A stretch of DNA of 64,000 bases from Candidatus Woesebacteria bacterium (lineage in GTDB: Bacteria; Patescibacteriota; Microgenomatia; UBA8517), in contig DMZH01000001.1 of NCBI GenBank assembly GCA_003484955.1, forward strand, positions 215,848-279,847, in the 5' to 3' direction. The notes below the pieces were generated by a model. The model was given only the letters and a program-made list of their open reading frames with translations. It did no database searches and was not told the origin of the DNA. This document shows positions 1-8,178 of this stretch, one piece after another (positions within the stretch are counted from its first letter, which is position 1; each line of letters begins with the position of its first letter). The position numbers and the translations under genes are program-made.

Positions 1-306
1 AATTACAGCTTCGGCTTTTTTAAACTTAGCAAGTTTTTCTTCAAGTTCCCTGTGTAAAGTCATCGTACCTGCAATTGTTCTCACGGCTCCCGGCCCGATG
101 CCGTATTTTTCGATAGCCTCAATCGCGGTTTTCTTCATCTCAGGATTATTGGCAAGCCCGAGGTAGTTATTTGAGCAGAAATTTAGGAGTTTTTTACCCT
201 CAATTTGGATTTCGGGCCCGATTGCACTTTCTATTGTCAGGATGTTGTTGTAGAGGTTTTGATCCTTGAGATCTTGGACTTGTTTTTGAATCCAATCTGT
301 GGCCAT
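1..306 (-). CDS. 5'-partial gene (N-terminal ~100 aa in window) of a glycine C-acetyltransferase / 8-amino-7-oxononanoate synthase family (class II aminotransferase, Kbl/BioF-like)
   Basis: Reverse-strand translation from the ATG at 306-304 gives [59 protein letters not shown]...[11 protein letters not shown], matching the conserved N-terminus of Kbl/BioF ([12 protein letters not shown]). It is not in the ORF track because there is no stop in the window. Confidence 0.7.
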   Translation of the reverse strand, partial: MATDWIQKQVQDLKDQNLYNNILTIESAIGPEIQIEGKKLLNFCSNNYLGLANNPEMKKTAIEAIEKYGIGPGAVRTIAGTMTLHRELEEKLAKFKKAEAVI

Positions 307-392
307 GAAACGATTATACACCAAAATAGAATTTGTAAAGTCGATTTCTTTTGGTGGCTAATATTTGATATAATCGGATCGTTCGTTTACAT

Positions 393-645
393 TCCCCTGT
401 AGCTCAACGGTAGAGCGAGATCCTGTCGAAAATGGCAGCTCTTGATAGTAATTTCAAGATGAAAATCAGGCTAATTCGGGGAACACCTTTTTAAGGCCAA
501 TCCCGAGCTAAACCACGAAAGTGTAAATGTGTAGAGACTATATACCTGACACCCATTTTGGGTGATGAGATAGTCCAATCCTTTTGGTAACAGAAGGGCT
601 ATTGTAAGATCGAGGTTGGAGGTTCGAATCCTCCCGGGGGAGCCA
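393..645 (+). tRNA. tRNA-Asn (anticodon GUU) interrupted by a group I intron between anticodon positions 35 and 36; CCA is encoded
   Basis: 5' exon 393-426: acceptor tcccctg, ta, D-arm gctc-aacggta-gagc, anticodon stem agatc, loop c-t-g-t. 3' exon 605-645: t-a-a, gatcg, variable aggtt, T-arm ggagg-ttcgaat-cctcc, acceptor cggggga, discriminator g, cca. The cloverleaf forms only if 427-604 is removed. Confidence 0.7.
427..604 (+). ncRNA. Group I self-splicing intron (about 178 nt) inside tRNA-Asn
   Basis: U at the end of the 5' exon can pair with G of an internal guide sequence (exon ctgt with gcag at 435-438). There is a P7-like pairing agacta (535-540) with tagtc (571-575), and a terminal G at 604. 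The intron is inserted in the anticodon loop, as in known bacterial tRNA group I introns. Confidence 0.6.
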
Positions 646-677
646 ATCGGCACTTAATATACCAAAATATTTTTCCT

Positions 678-1721
678 ATGTTGTCTTTACATCAATTTTA
701 CGAGAAGATAAATACGCCTGAGGGAAAACGGGAAATTATTGTAGCCTTTTCAAATATTGACGAAAGAGATCCCAATCAAGCTGATAATTTTTTCCAAACC
801 TATTGTGTAGGTCAATGGAATGCTGATAGAGCTTCAGTCATATATCATCAAAGGGATTACATAGGAAGAATTGACTCTTATCAGGATCTTCTTTTGCTTC
901 TCAAGAAAAATGACAAGGAAAAATTTAATAAAATTCACAAAGGAACCCCATATTGTTTTTTAGGATGGTTATATTTTGACATTGGAGATTATGAAAAGGG
1001 TGTTTTTTACATAGACCTCGCCATTCTTGAGGATATTAGAATGCATGGTACCTATTGGAACAAATCTCCCGCAACAAGATTATTAACTCTAGAAGAAACA
1101 AATGGCGATGTAGAAATCCATAAAAGGCTCGTAAAAAATATTAAAGAGTTACTAAGATTAGAAATTGAAGAATATAAAAAATTGACCAAGGAATCAAAAT
1201 TAACCTCAATAGATAATTTTGTTAAAAATGGTCTTAAAAATCCTCATCACCGAACAATAGTATCCTCACTTTATGCATATATATTGCAGCAAGAGTCACT
1301 ACAGAATTTGATGAAACTAAAAGGTGAAGAGTCAGGTTCTATAGAGCCATTTTTAATTCATTTTAGAAAAGGAACGATAATACTAGAAACAATATTAAAA
1401 GAAACCTATTCAAGTTTGTCCGGGTTAACTTTGGCGAATATCCTAAATGACCCATTTGTAATAAAGGATAGTGGGTTAAAACTTTTGGATTCAGGAAAAG
1501 TAGGCTCAACATTGGAAGATTTAGTTAAAGTACTAATCCCATATTTTGATAGAGGGACAAATGAGCCTCAAAATAAATGGATCACAGTTGCGTATCGTTT
1601 GAGGAATGTTACTAGTCATGGATTGCCTTGGTCAGAAATAATAGATGCAGCTACTTATAAGCGGCTATATCAGCAAATCTTATTTTCAATATTTTATATT
1701 ATCGACAAAAAATATTCGTAG
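678..1721 (+). CDS. Hypothetical protein (347 aa) with a C-terminal HEPN-like R-x4-H motif (RLRNVTSHG)
   Basis: Long ORF immediately 3' of the tRNA. I see no recognisable catalytic family apart from the RNVTSH motif near residue 305, which resembles the R-x4-6-H signature of HEPN RNases. Confidence 0.6.
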   Translation: MLSLHQFYEKINTPEGKREIIVAFSNIDERDPNQADNFFQTYCVGQWNADRASVIYHQRDYIGRIDSYQDLLLLLKKNDKEKFNKIHKGTPYCFLGWLYFDIGDYEKGVFYIDLAILEDIRMHGTYWNKSPATRLLTLEETNGDVEIHKRLVKNIKELLRLEIEEYKKLTKESKLTSIDNFVKNGLKNPHHRTIVSSLYAYILQQESLQNLMKLKGEESGSIEPFLIHFRKGTIILETILKETYSSLSGLTLANILNDPFVIKDSGLKLLDSGKVGSTLEDLVKVLIPYFDRGTNEPQNKWITVAYRLRNVTSHGLPWSEIIDAATYKRLYQQILFSIFYIIDKKYS

Positions 1722-1881
1722 TAATTAATTAAGACTATTTTTTACTAAATTAATTTCCTCTCTGATTTGAGCGACAAGCCTAAAGTTTGAAAAAGCCTCG
1801 TAAATATGTGACAATTGCGTGGTTATATTAGTGTTACGATTCTCGAGCCAGTTGGGTCTTAATCTGACCAATTGATAAATT

Positions 1882-2613
1882 ATGTTGACAAAAGAAGAAG
1901 TAATAAAGGAAATCCAAAAATGGGCCAAGGAGAATGGTGGTCATACTCCAAGTGCAATAAAATTTGAAGAAATAACAGGAATTGGACCATATGAATTACC
2001 GAAATATTCCTGGTCTAATTACGGTGAACTTGTCCTTGAAGCTGGATTAACCCCCAACCTTTTTGATAAAACTAAATATAGTCACCAAGATTTATGCAAG
2101 ATGTTTGTAAGAGTAATTCGCGAAAAGGGAAAATGGCCAACCAGAGCTGTTTTAGAAATTAAACACAGTCACGATTCGAAATTTCCCGCCTCTGCAACTT
2201 TTTACAAAAAACTTGGTCAGACTGGAGATTTGGCACAAACGATTCTCGAATATGTCAAAGACAAACAAGGGTATAAAGACGTAGTAAATATTTGTACACC
2301 AGTTTTAGGAAAATATAAAAATGAAAGTGAGACTTCTGTGGATAATATGGCAGAGCATGGTTTTGTATATTTAGGTTTACAGCACGGGGATTACAAAATT
2401 GGTTTTACAAAAGATTTAGACCGTCGTAGGGAAGATATTACTTTATTAGGATCAGGACCGATGGTTTGGATATATGAAATAGAAACAGATGATATGCGCG
2501 GTGTTGAGAGATATTGGCACAATAGATTTGAATCTAAATGGATCAGGGGTGAGTGGTACAAGTTAAATCAGTCAGATGTAAAAGCTTTCAAGCGCTGGAA
2601 ACGAATCCTTTAA
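1882..2613 (+). CDS. GIY-YIG / T5orf172-domain nuclease-like protein (243 aa) with an N-terminal domain of unknown function
   Basis: C-terminal segment GFVYLGLQHGDYKIGFTKDLDRRREDI...EIE...RGVERYWHNRFESKWIRGEWYKL fits the GIY-(x10)-YIG catalytic core with conserved R and E (T5orf172-type). Confidence 0.7.
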   Translation: MLTKEEVIKEIQKWAKENGGHTPSAIKFEEITGIGPYELPKYSWSNYGELVLEAGLTPNLFDKTKYSHQDLCKMFVRVIREKGKWPTRAVLEIKHSHDSKFPASATFYKKLGQTGDLAQTILEYVKDKQGYKDVVNICTPVLGKYKNESETSVDNMAEHGFVYLGLQHGDYKIGFTKDLDRRREDITLLGSGPMVWIYEIETDDMRGVERYWHNRFESKWIRGEWYKLNQSDVKAFKRWKRIL

Positions 2614-2856
2614 TTAACAAGTTGTGACTTTTGTTAACAATTTGATTTGTTTTAATCTTTCTCTCGCTTGTTCAGCCCAGATTGCATTTTGAAAAGCCTT
2701 GATAACATGGGACAAAGCAGTGGTCAGTGCGAAACTAGGAACAGGGAGCTTAAGATGGCTTTATATATTTCTTCTGAATGGGAAAGGAACATGAGATGAA
2801 AGGTTGTGAATTTTGCCATATAATAAGTCAGTAAATAAAATTACAGGAGAATTAAT

Positions 2857-3072
2857 ATGTGTGAACAAGAAAAACCGTTCCAATGGGCCGAACCGGAAGT
2901 ACCGGAAAAATTGCCAGAATCTACAGAAGATGATGGTATGTCATATACAAGTGTTGCCGAATTACTGGATAATGAATTAAATATTGATATAAAAAGATTG
3001 GGTGAACTGGATATTGAAATTAAAAGGTTAAAAGAAGTAAATTCGGAAATCAACCCATCTGGTGGTCCATAA
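2857..3072 (+). CDS. Small acidic hypothetical protein (71 aa)
   Basis: ORF preceded by a good Shine-Dalgarno (caggagaattaatATG). Coiled-coil-like acidic sequence. Alternatively, the antisense ORF 2841-3053 is the real gene. Confidence 0.4.
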   Translation: MCEQEKPFQWAEPEVPEKLPESTEDDGMSYTSVAELLDNELNIDIKRLGELDIEIKRLKEVNSEINPSGGP

Positions 3073-3087
3073 TTTGTTAAAGAGATT

Positions 3088-3306
3088 TCAACCTATCTCA
3101 AACACCTTGTTTTTTGATTTTTCGCCCCATAGAAGAATCACTTTTCCTCGGCTTACCTCAAAATGTTTTGCCAGGGCTTCAACCACAGCTCTGTTAGCCT
3201 TTCCTTCCAGCGGGGGAGCATTTACATAAACATGAGTGGCTCCCAATAAATCTTTTTCTATTCTTGGATTCTTTGTATTTGGATGAGCGATTATTGATAA
3301 TTTCAT
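3088..3306 (-). CDS. DUF167 / YggU family protein
   Basis: 72 aa; pattern ...YVNAPPLEGKANRAVVEALAKHFEVSRGKVILLWGEKSKNK is typical of UPF0235 (YggU). Confidence 0.7.
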   Translation of the reverse strand: MKLSIIAHPNTKNPRIEKDLLGATHVYVNAPPLEGKANRAVVEALAKHFEVSRGKVILLWGEKSKNKVFEIG

Positions 3307-3397
3307 TAACCAATTATAGTGGTGTTTGACTTCTTTTTGCGTGGGACTTAATGTAAATCCTCAGTTTATATCCAGTTTCTTATGGTAGAGTATAAGT

Positions 3398-3700
3398 GTG
3401 GAAGAAGATTTGCGCATTTTGACTGAAGATGAAATTGAGAAAAAATTAAAGGATTTTCCCGGTTGGGAGTATCGTGATAATAAAATTACTAAGAAGTTCC
3501 AGTTTGGCAGTTTTGATGAAGCGGTTCAGTTTGTGGAAAAGCTTGCTCCATTTTCCAATAGAATAGACCACCACCCCGATGTTCATATTTATTACAAAAA
3601 GATAGTTTTTGATCTTCAGCGCTTCAGTGTGGGAGGAAAAGTGACCCCGAGAGACTTCACTGTTGCCTCAGAAATCGAACGTCTTTTTGCAGCAAAATAG
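3398..3700 (+). CDS. Pterin-4a-carbinolamine dehydratase (PCD/DCoH family)
   Basis: 100 aa; WEY...FQFGSFDEAVQFVEKLA...DHHPDVHIYYKKIVFDLQ matches the PCD family HHP core. Confidence 0.75.
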   Translation: MEEDLRILTEDEIEKKLKDFPGWEYRDNKITKKFQFGSFDEAVQFVEKLAPFSNRIDHHPDVHIYYKKIVFDLQRFSVGGKVTPRDFTVASEIERLFAAK

Positions 3701-3714
3701 ACAGCACACCTACT

Positions 3715-4029
3715 TTATTTTTTCCCGCCACTGTCGGCCTTGGGGCTCATTGTCCGAACAATATCGGAGAGAATATAACCGACAAAAGAATAAACGACTA
3801 TGGCAAAAACCGCAGAAAACTCGAGAGTCAATCTTGGTGCAAGTTCAGGAGAGGGGAACATTCCCTGGAATGGGGTTAAGAGAGGTCTTGTGGTGTCGTA
3901 TACCCAAGTAACGAAAGGAGCCGCAGTTGATGCACCTAAAATCTTCAAAACTATTCTTAAGCCAAGAAGCCCAACGACGATATCTGTTACGAGATTGATA
4001 AGCCTTATCAAAAACCTAGGTGCTAACAT
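3715..4029 (-). CDS. YggT family membrane protein
   Basis: 104 aa two-TM protein; LTPFQGMFPSP...LEFSAVFAIVVY is YggT/Ycf19-like. It sits next to the DUF167 gene, as in yggT-yggU neighbourhoods. Confidence 0.65.
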   Translation of the reverse strand: MLAPRFLIRLINLVTDIVVGLLGLRIVLKILGASTAAPFVTWVYDTTRPLLTPFQGMFPSPELAPRLTLEFSAVFAIVVYSFVGYILSDIVRTMSPKADSGGKK

Positions 4030-4145
4030 GTTCGTGCGTATATTATAGCAAATTTGTCAATGAAAAAACATCAGCCCAATTTGGTGATAAAGAAGAACCT
4101 TTGTTTGACAAACAGAACGGGCAATTAGATGGATTAAATAAAGGG

Positions 4146-4619
4146 TTATTTTTTCTTTATTGAAGCTGTCTTTTTAATCACTTTCTTGACTTTCTCAGGT
4201 TTCACTTCTTTTACCTCGACGGAGTCCTTTTTTACGATAGGTGCCGGGATCAGAATGCTTAAAATTTTGTCAAGCTTGGCATTAACAGCATCAAGCTGAA
4301 CCTTGTTTTGATCAAAACTTGGAGCGGGAGACCTAAAATTGCCTCTTTCAGGCCTTCCTGAATCTGATCTTCCACCATTCATTTTTTCAAAACACTCACT
4401 GCAATAAACCGGCTTACCGTTTGTCGGCCTGAAAGGCACTTGACACTCTTTTCCACAGTTTGAGCAGACAGTTGAGAACATTTCGCGTCTGCCTCTGTCT
4501 TCACCAAAAGAAGATCTTCCCCTTCCTGAAAATCCGCCGCGTCCTCCGCCTCGGCCAAAGCCGCCGCGGTATCCGCCGGACCTATTATCATCTCTATTAA
4601 AATTTCCCATAGTGTTCAT
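4146..4619 (-). CDS. RGG/RG-rich protein with a CxxC...CxxC zinc ribbon (putative nucleic-acid binding)
   Basis: N-terminal GGYRGGFGRGGGRGGFSGRGR repeats, then CSNCGKECQVPFRPTNGKPVYCSECF, then a lysine-rich tail. Confidence 0.6.
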   Translation of the reverse strand: MNTMGNFNRDDNRSGGYRGGFGRGGGRGGFSGRGRSSFGEDRGRREMFSTVCSNCGKECQVPFRPTNGKPVYCSECFEKMNGGRSDSGRPERGNFRSPAPSFDQNKVQLDAVNAKLDKILSILIPAPIVKKDSVEVKEVKPEKVKKVIKKTASIKKK

Positions 4620-4659
4620 TGTATCACAGGTTGTATATTATTGTTGGGGCACTTTGTGG

Positions 4660-5055
4660 CTATTTCTCCACCTCAAACCAGTCAATCGGAGATTGGTCTT
4701 CCGGTTCGCCATTATAGTTGACAGTGATTTCTTCATCTTTTTTGATGGGTCTAATAGCGCGGTAAACCATACACTGGGTTTTAAAGTTTTGTTTCCAATC
4801 GGCATTGGGGGAGTAGGAATGGTTATAGATTGATCCGTAACCAAAAGCCAAAGCGGCTCCGCGGGTACTTCGCCAGGGATAAATATAATGGCTGAGCGGG
4901 GTTTTTTCCAGATTTTTGCGGTCGGTTGGGGTAAAAACCAAAACCGGTGCACTTTCAACTATTTCTCCGTCTTTGATATCTCTGGCCGCAAAAACTCCAA
5001 GACCTTTTTTGGATGTTCTCTTGAGATAAACATTTTTATTCATAGATTTGATCAT
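4660..5055 (-). CDS. SET-domain protein (putative protein-lysine methyltransferase)
   Basis: 131 aa; GLGVFAARDIKDGEIV...YNHSYSPNA...EEITVNY contains the SET signature NHSxxPN and the EEL/ITVNY post-SET-like segment. Confidence 0.7.
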   Translation of the reverse strand: MIKSMNKNVYLKRTSKKGLGVFAARDIKDGEIVESAPVLVFTPTDRKNLEKTPLSHYIYPWRSTRGAALAFGYGSIYNHSYSPNADWKQNFKTQCMVYRAIRPIKKDEEITVNYNGEPEDQSPIDWFEVEK

Positions 5056-5105
5056 CCCCTTGACGTGGCTCGGGGTGCTCCTGAATACTGTTATAATACA
5101 TCACT

Positions 5106-6065
5106 ATGAAAACTTGGCAAAGAATCAAAAACGATCCGAACCTGATGGAGAAATATTTGGTTCGGGAAAGAGTTATTGATACAATCCGCTCCTTTTTTAA
5201 AAATCAGGGTTTCCACGAGGTTTTTACGCCAATTTTGGTGCCTATACCCTCGATTGAACCCAACCTTGAAGTGTTTGAGTCGGAATTAAGAACTTCGAAA
5301 GGGGAAAAACGCAGAGCCTTTTTAATAATGAGCCCGGAGTTTTCTATTAAAAAACTTTTGGCGGGAGGAATCGGAAATTGTTTTGAAATTACAAAATGTT
5401 TCAGGAATGAAGAGGAGGCAAGTCCTCTTCACAACCCCGAATTTACCATGCTTGAATGGTATAGGATAAATGCCGATTATAAGGATATTATGAAAGATTT
5501 TGAACACTTATTTTTGAGAATTATCGGTAAAGATAAATTGGAATATCAAGGTGAAGTTTATGATCTTTCTCTTCCCTGGCCCAAAACAAGAATTCCTGAC
5601 GCTTTTGAAAAATATGCAGGAATGGATGTTTTAAAAGTATCGGATGAGGATTTTTACAAAATTTATTTTAATGAAATAGAACCGGAACTTTTGAAAATAA
5701 AAAAGCCGTACTTTATTTATGATTATCCGATTTCTCAAGCATCTTTGTCCAAGCCCGCTAAAGATCCTAGATTTGCGGAAAGATTTGAGGTTTTTCTTGG
5801 TGGAATTGAGCTTGGAAATTGTTTTTCCGAACTGACCGATGCCAAGGAACAGAAAAAGAGATTTGAGGCAGAGAAAAAAGACAGACAAAGAATGAACAAG
5901 ACAGAGTACCCGATAGACGAAGATTTAATTGAGGCTTTAAAAGAAGGAATTCCCGCCGTTTCCGGCATTGCCGTTGGCGTAGACAGGCTCGTCATGCTCG
6001 CTGCCGATACCTCTTCAATTGAGGAAACCATGTTTTTCCCCGGAAAAGAGCTATTTGACCTCTAG
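5106..6065 (+). CDS. epmA: EF-P (R)-beta-lysine ligase EpmA (PoxA/GenX), a class II lysyl-tRNA synthetase paralogue
   Basis: 319 aa; class II aaRS motif 2, FRNEEEASPLHNPEFTMLEWY, with no anticodon-binding domain. It lies immediately upstream of efp. Confidence 0.8.
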   Translation: MKTWQRIKNDPNLMEKYLVRERVIDTIRSFFKNQGFHEVFTPILVPIPSIEPNLEVFESELRTSKGEKRRAFLIMSPEFSIKKLLAGGIGNCFEITKCFRNEEEASPLHNPEFTMLEWYRINADYKDIMKDFEHLFLRIIGKDKLEYQGEVYDLSLPWPKTRIPDAFEKYAGMDVLKVSDEDFYKIYFNEIEPELLKIKKPYFIYDYPISQASLSKPAKDPRFAERFEVFLGGIELGNCFSELTDAKEQKKRFEAEKKDRQRMNKTEYPIDEDLIEALKEGIPAVSGIAVGVDRLVMLAADTSSIEETMFFPGKELFDL

Positions 6066-6093
6066 ATGGTTTTAGATTTAAAATACGCGGACA

Positions 6094-6660
6094 ATGAATA
6101 CAATTAATGCGGGTAACATCACCAAAGGGAGCTTTATTATTTTTAAAGGAGCACCTGTTTTTATAACCAAGGCTGAGTTTATGTCTCCCGGAAAAGGCTC
6201 TCCCGTTATGAGAATTAAGTTCAAAAATGTCCAAACAGGAGCCGCGGGGGAGTTTACCTATAAAACCGGAGAAAGCGTTGAGGTTGCAGAAATCGAGAAA
6301 AAAGAAATGGAATATCTATACCGGGATGGGGAAGAGCTGGTTTTTATGAACCCGAAATCATATGATCAGGTTAGTATTCCGATGGGTCTTATTGACGACC
6401 AGTTTGGCTATTTAACCCCAAATCTTAAATGTTGGATTGTCTGGTATAAAGGCAGCCCTATTGGCGCAACGCTCCCTTCCCATGTAACTTTAAAGGTGAC
6501 AGAATCTCCTGATGAGGTTGCCGGGAATAGAATCAATGCTCCCAAAAAGACAGTGAGACTTGAAACGGGAATTGAAGCCCAGGTCCCTTTGTTTATTAAA
6601 ATCGGAGAAAAAGTGCAGCTTGATACTACAACCGGGGAATATTTGGGAAGGGTTAAATAA
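6094..6660 (+). CDS. efp: Translation elongation factor P
   Basis: 188 aa; KOW-like N-terminus with the modified-lysine loop SPGKGSPVMRIKFKN, and typical EF-P domains II/III. Confidence 0.85.
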   Translation: MNTINAGNITKGSFIIFKGAPVFITKAEFMSPGKGSPVMRIKFKNVQTGAAGEFTYKTGESVEVAEIEKKEMEYLYRDGEELVFMNPKSYDQVSIPMGLIDDQFGYLTPNLKCWIVWYKGSPIGATLPSHVTLKVTESPDEVAGNRINAPKKTVRLETGIEAQVPLFIKIGEKVQLDTTTGEYLGRVK

Positions 6661-6678
6661 TAGGTTAAAATGTAGGTA

Positions 6679-8178
6679 ATGTCCTTTTTACCGATTATCC
6701 TGGTAGCCGTCCCTTTTATTCTGTTTTTGATACTTCTTCTTTGGAAGAGAACACCGCTTATTTGGGTTTCTCTTGTTACCTTAATTCTGATAATTGTTTT
6801 GGCAGTCTTCTATTGGCAAGTTTACCCGACGTATATTTTTAATTCGCTGATCAAGGGTTTTCTTGTTGCTTTTGACATTCTAATTATCATTTTCGGGGCG
6901 GTTTTTTTCCTGGAAATTACACGGGAAACAAAAATCATCGAGAATATTGGCTACCACCTAGAATCCATTTCAAAAGACCTACGGGTACAAGTAATATTTT
7001 TGGCATGGTTTTTCGAGAACTTTCTGGAAGGTACAGCCGGGTTTGGAACCCCAGCAGCGGTTGTTGCCCCACTTCTGGTTAGTCTTGGAATTACTCCAAT
7101 AAATTCTGTCATAATTGCCCTTCTGGGAAATAGTGCTTCGGGTGTTTTTGGCGCTGCCGGAACCCCTATTAAAGTTGGTTTTGGCGCGCTTGCCGGTGCT
7201 TCAGTTCCAATTACAGCGGCAACCATTAATTTGATCGGAATTTTAGTACCGGTTTTTATGCTCTGGTTTTTGACCAAAGATAGGATAAACCGCAAGAAAG
7301 AATTTACCGAGGCGCTTCCTTTTGCCATTTGGGCCGGGGTTGCTTTTGCAATACCTTCTATATTTACCGTTTTTATAGGCCAGGAATTCCCCTCAATTTT
7401 GGGATCGGCAATTGGTTTATTTTTGGTACTGATTACCACCAAACTTGGTATCTTTATACCGAAGGTGGAAAAAGAACTTGTGGATATCCCGCGCCCTGCC
7501 AAACTTTCTTTGGGTAGGGTGTTGTTTCCTTATTTGTTCTTAATTGCGATTTTGATTGTTGGCAAGTTTACACTTGGCTCCTCGGGGATTCAAATCCCGA
7601 TTATTGTTAAGCACACGTTTTCATTCTTTAATCCGGGGTTTGCTTTCGTTATTGCCGGAATAGTAACTTTGTTGATGTATAAAAAGGATCTCAATCTTTT
7701 TACCAATTCCGCAAAGACGGCACTTAAAAAGTCTTTAATCCCATTCTTGGTGATTGTTTTTATGTCATCAATGGCACAAATTATGGTTAATTCAGTTCAC
7801 AATACAACGAGCCTACCATCAATGGTGGGCTTACTGGCGGTTTATGTTAAAAACATTTTTCTTCCGCTGTGGGCACCTCTGGTGGGAGCTTTCGGAAGTT
7901 TTCTTACAGGGAGCGTTACAATTTCCAATTTAATGTTTGGAAACTTTTTGGCAGTGGCTGCTAGGGATTTGGGTTTTGGAATAGACAAAATTTTGGCGCT
8001 TGCCGTTGTCGGGGGAGCGGCCGGTAACATGATAGCTCTTGCGGATATACTGGCTGCAGAAACCGTAGTCGGATTGAAACATAAAGAAAGAGAGGTTTTA
8101 AAAGGGGTTATACTGCCATGTTTGATTTACGTTGGATTGGTCGGTTTAGTGGGAATGTTTATTTTTAGCCAGCGTTAA
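6679..8178 (+). CDS. L-lactate permease (LctP family) transporter
   Basis: 499 aa polytopic membrane protein; FLEGTAGFGTPAAVVAPLLVSLG and GNSASGVFGAAGTPIKVG match LctP family signatures. Confidence 0.7.
   Translation: MSFLPIILVAVPFILFLILLLWKRTPLIWVSLVTLILIIVLAVFYWQVYPTYIFNSLIKGFLVAFDILIIIFGAVFFLEITRETKIIENIGYHLESISKDLRVQVIFLAWFFENFLEGTAGFGTPAAVVAPLLVSLGITPINSVIIALLGNSASGVFGAAGTPIKVGFGALAGASVPITAATINLIGILVPVFMLWFLTKDRINRKKEFTEALPFAIWAGVAFAIPSIFTVFIGQEFPSILGSAIGLFLVLITTKLGIFIPKVEKELVDIPRPAKLSLGRVLFPYLFLIAILIVGKFTLGSSGIQIPIIVKHTFSFFNPGFAFVIAGIVTLLMYKKDLNLFTNSAKTALKKSLIPFLVIVFMSSMAQIMVNSVHNTTSLPSMVGLLAVYVKNIFLPLWAPLVGAFGSFLTGSVTISNLMFGNFLAVAARDLGFGIDKILALAVVGGAAGNMIALADILAAETVVGLKHKEREVLKGVILPCLIYVGLVGLVGMFIFSQR

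Noticed and set aside
205-402. 65-aa plus-strand ORF
   Set aside because: Antisense to the well-supported Kbl/BioF N-terminus, and runs into the tRNA. No RBS.
471-653. 60-aa ORF on the minus strand
   Set aside because: Lies entirely within the tRNA-Asn gene and its group I intron, so it is a structured-RNA region rather than coding.
2614-2637. Inverted repeat TTAACAA-N10-TTGTTAA after the GIY-YIG gene as a terminator
   Set aside because: The stem is A/T-only and the T-tract is interrupted, so it is not convincing as an intrinsic terminator. It could equally be a protein-binding palindrome (TTGTTAACAA).
3663-4048. Plus-strand ORFs 3663-3911 and 3800-4048
   Set aside because: Antisense to the YggT-family gene, which has clear family resemblance. 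They show low-complexity Arg-rich translations typical of antisense frames.
4638-4958. 106-aa minus-strand ORF
   Set aside because: An alternative frame overlapping the SET-domain gene. The SET frame carries the conserved motifs.
6951-7502. 183-aa antisense ORF inside the lactate permease gene
   Set aside because: Antisense to a strong membrane-protein frame. Ala/Pro-rich translation typical of GC-skewed antisense frames.
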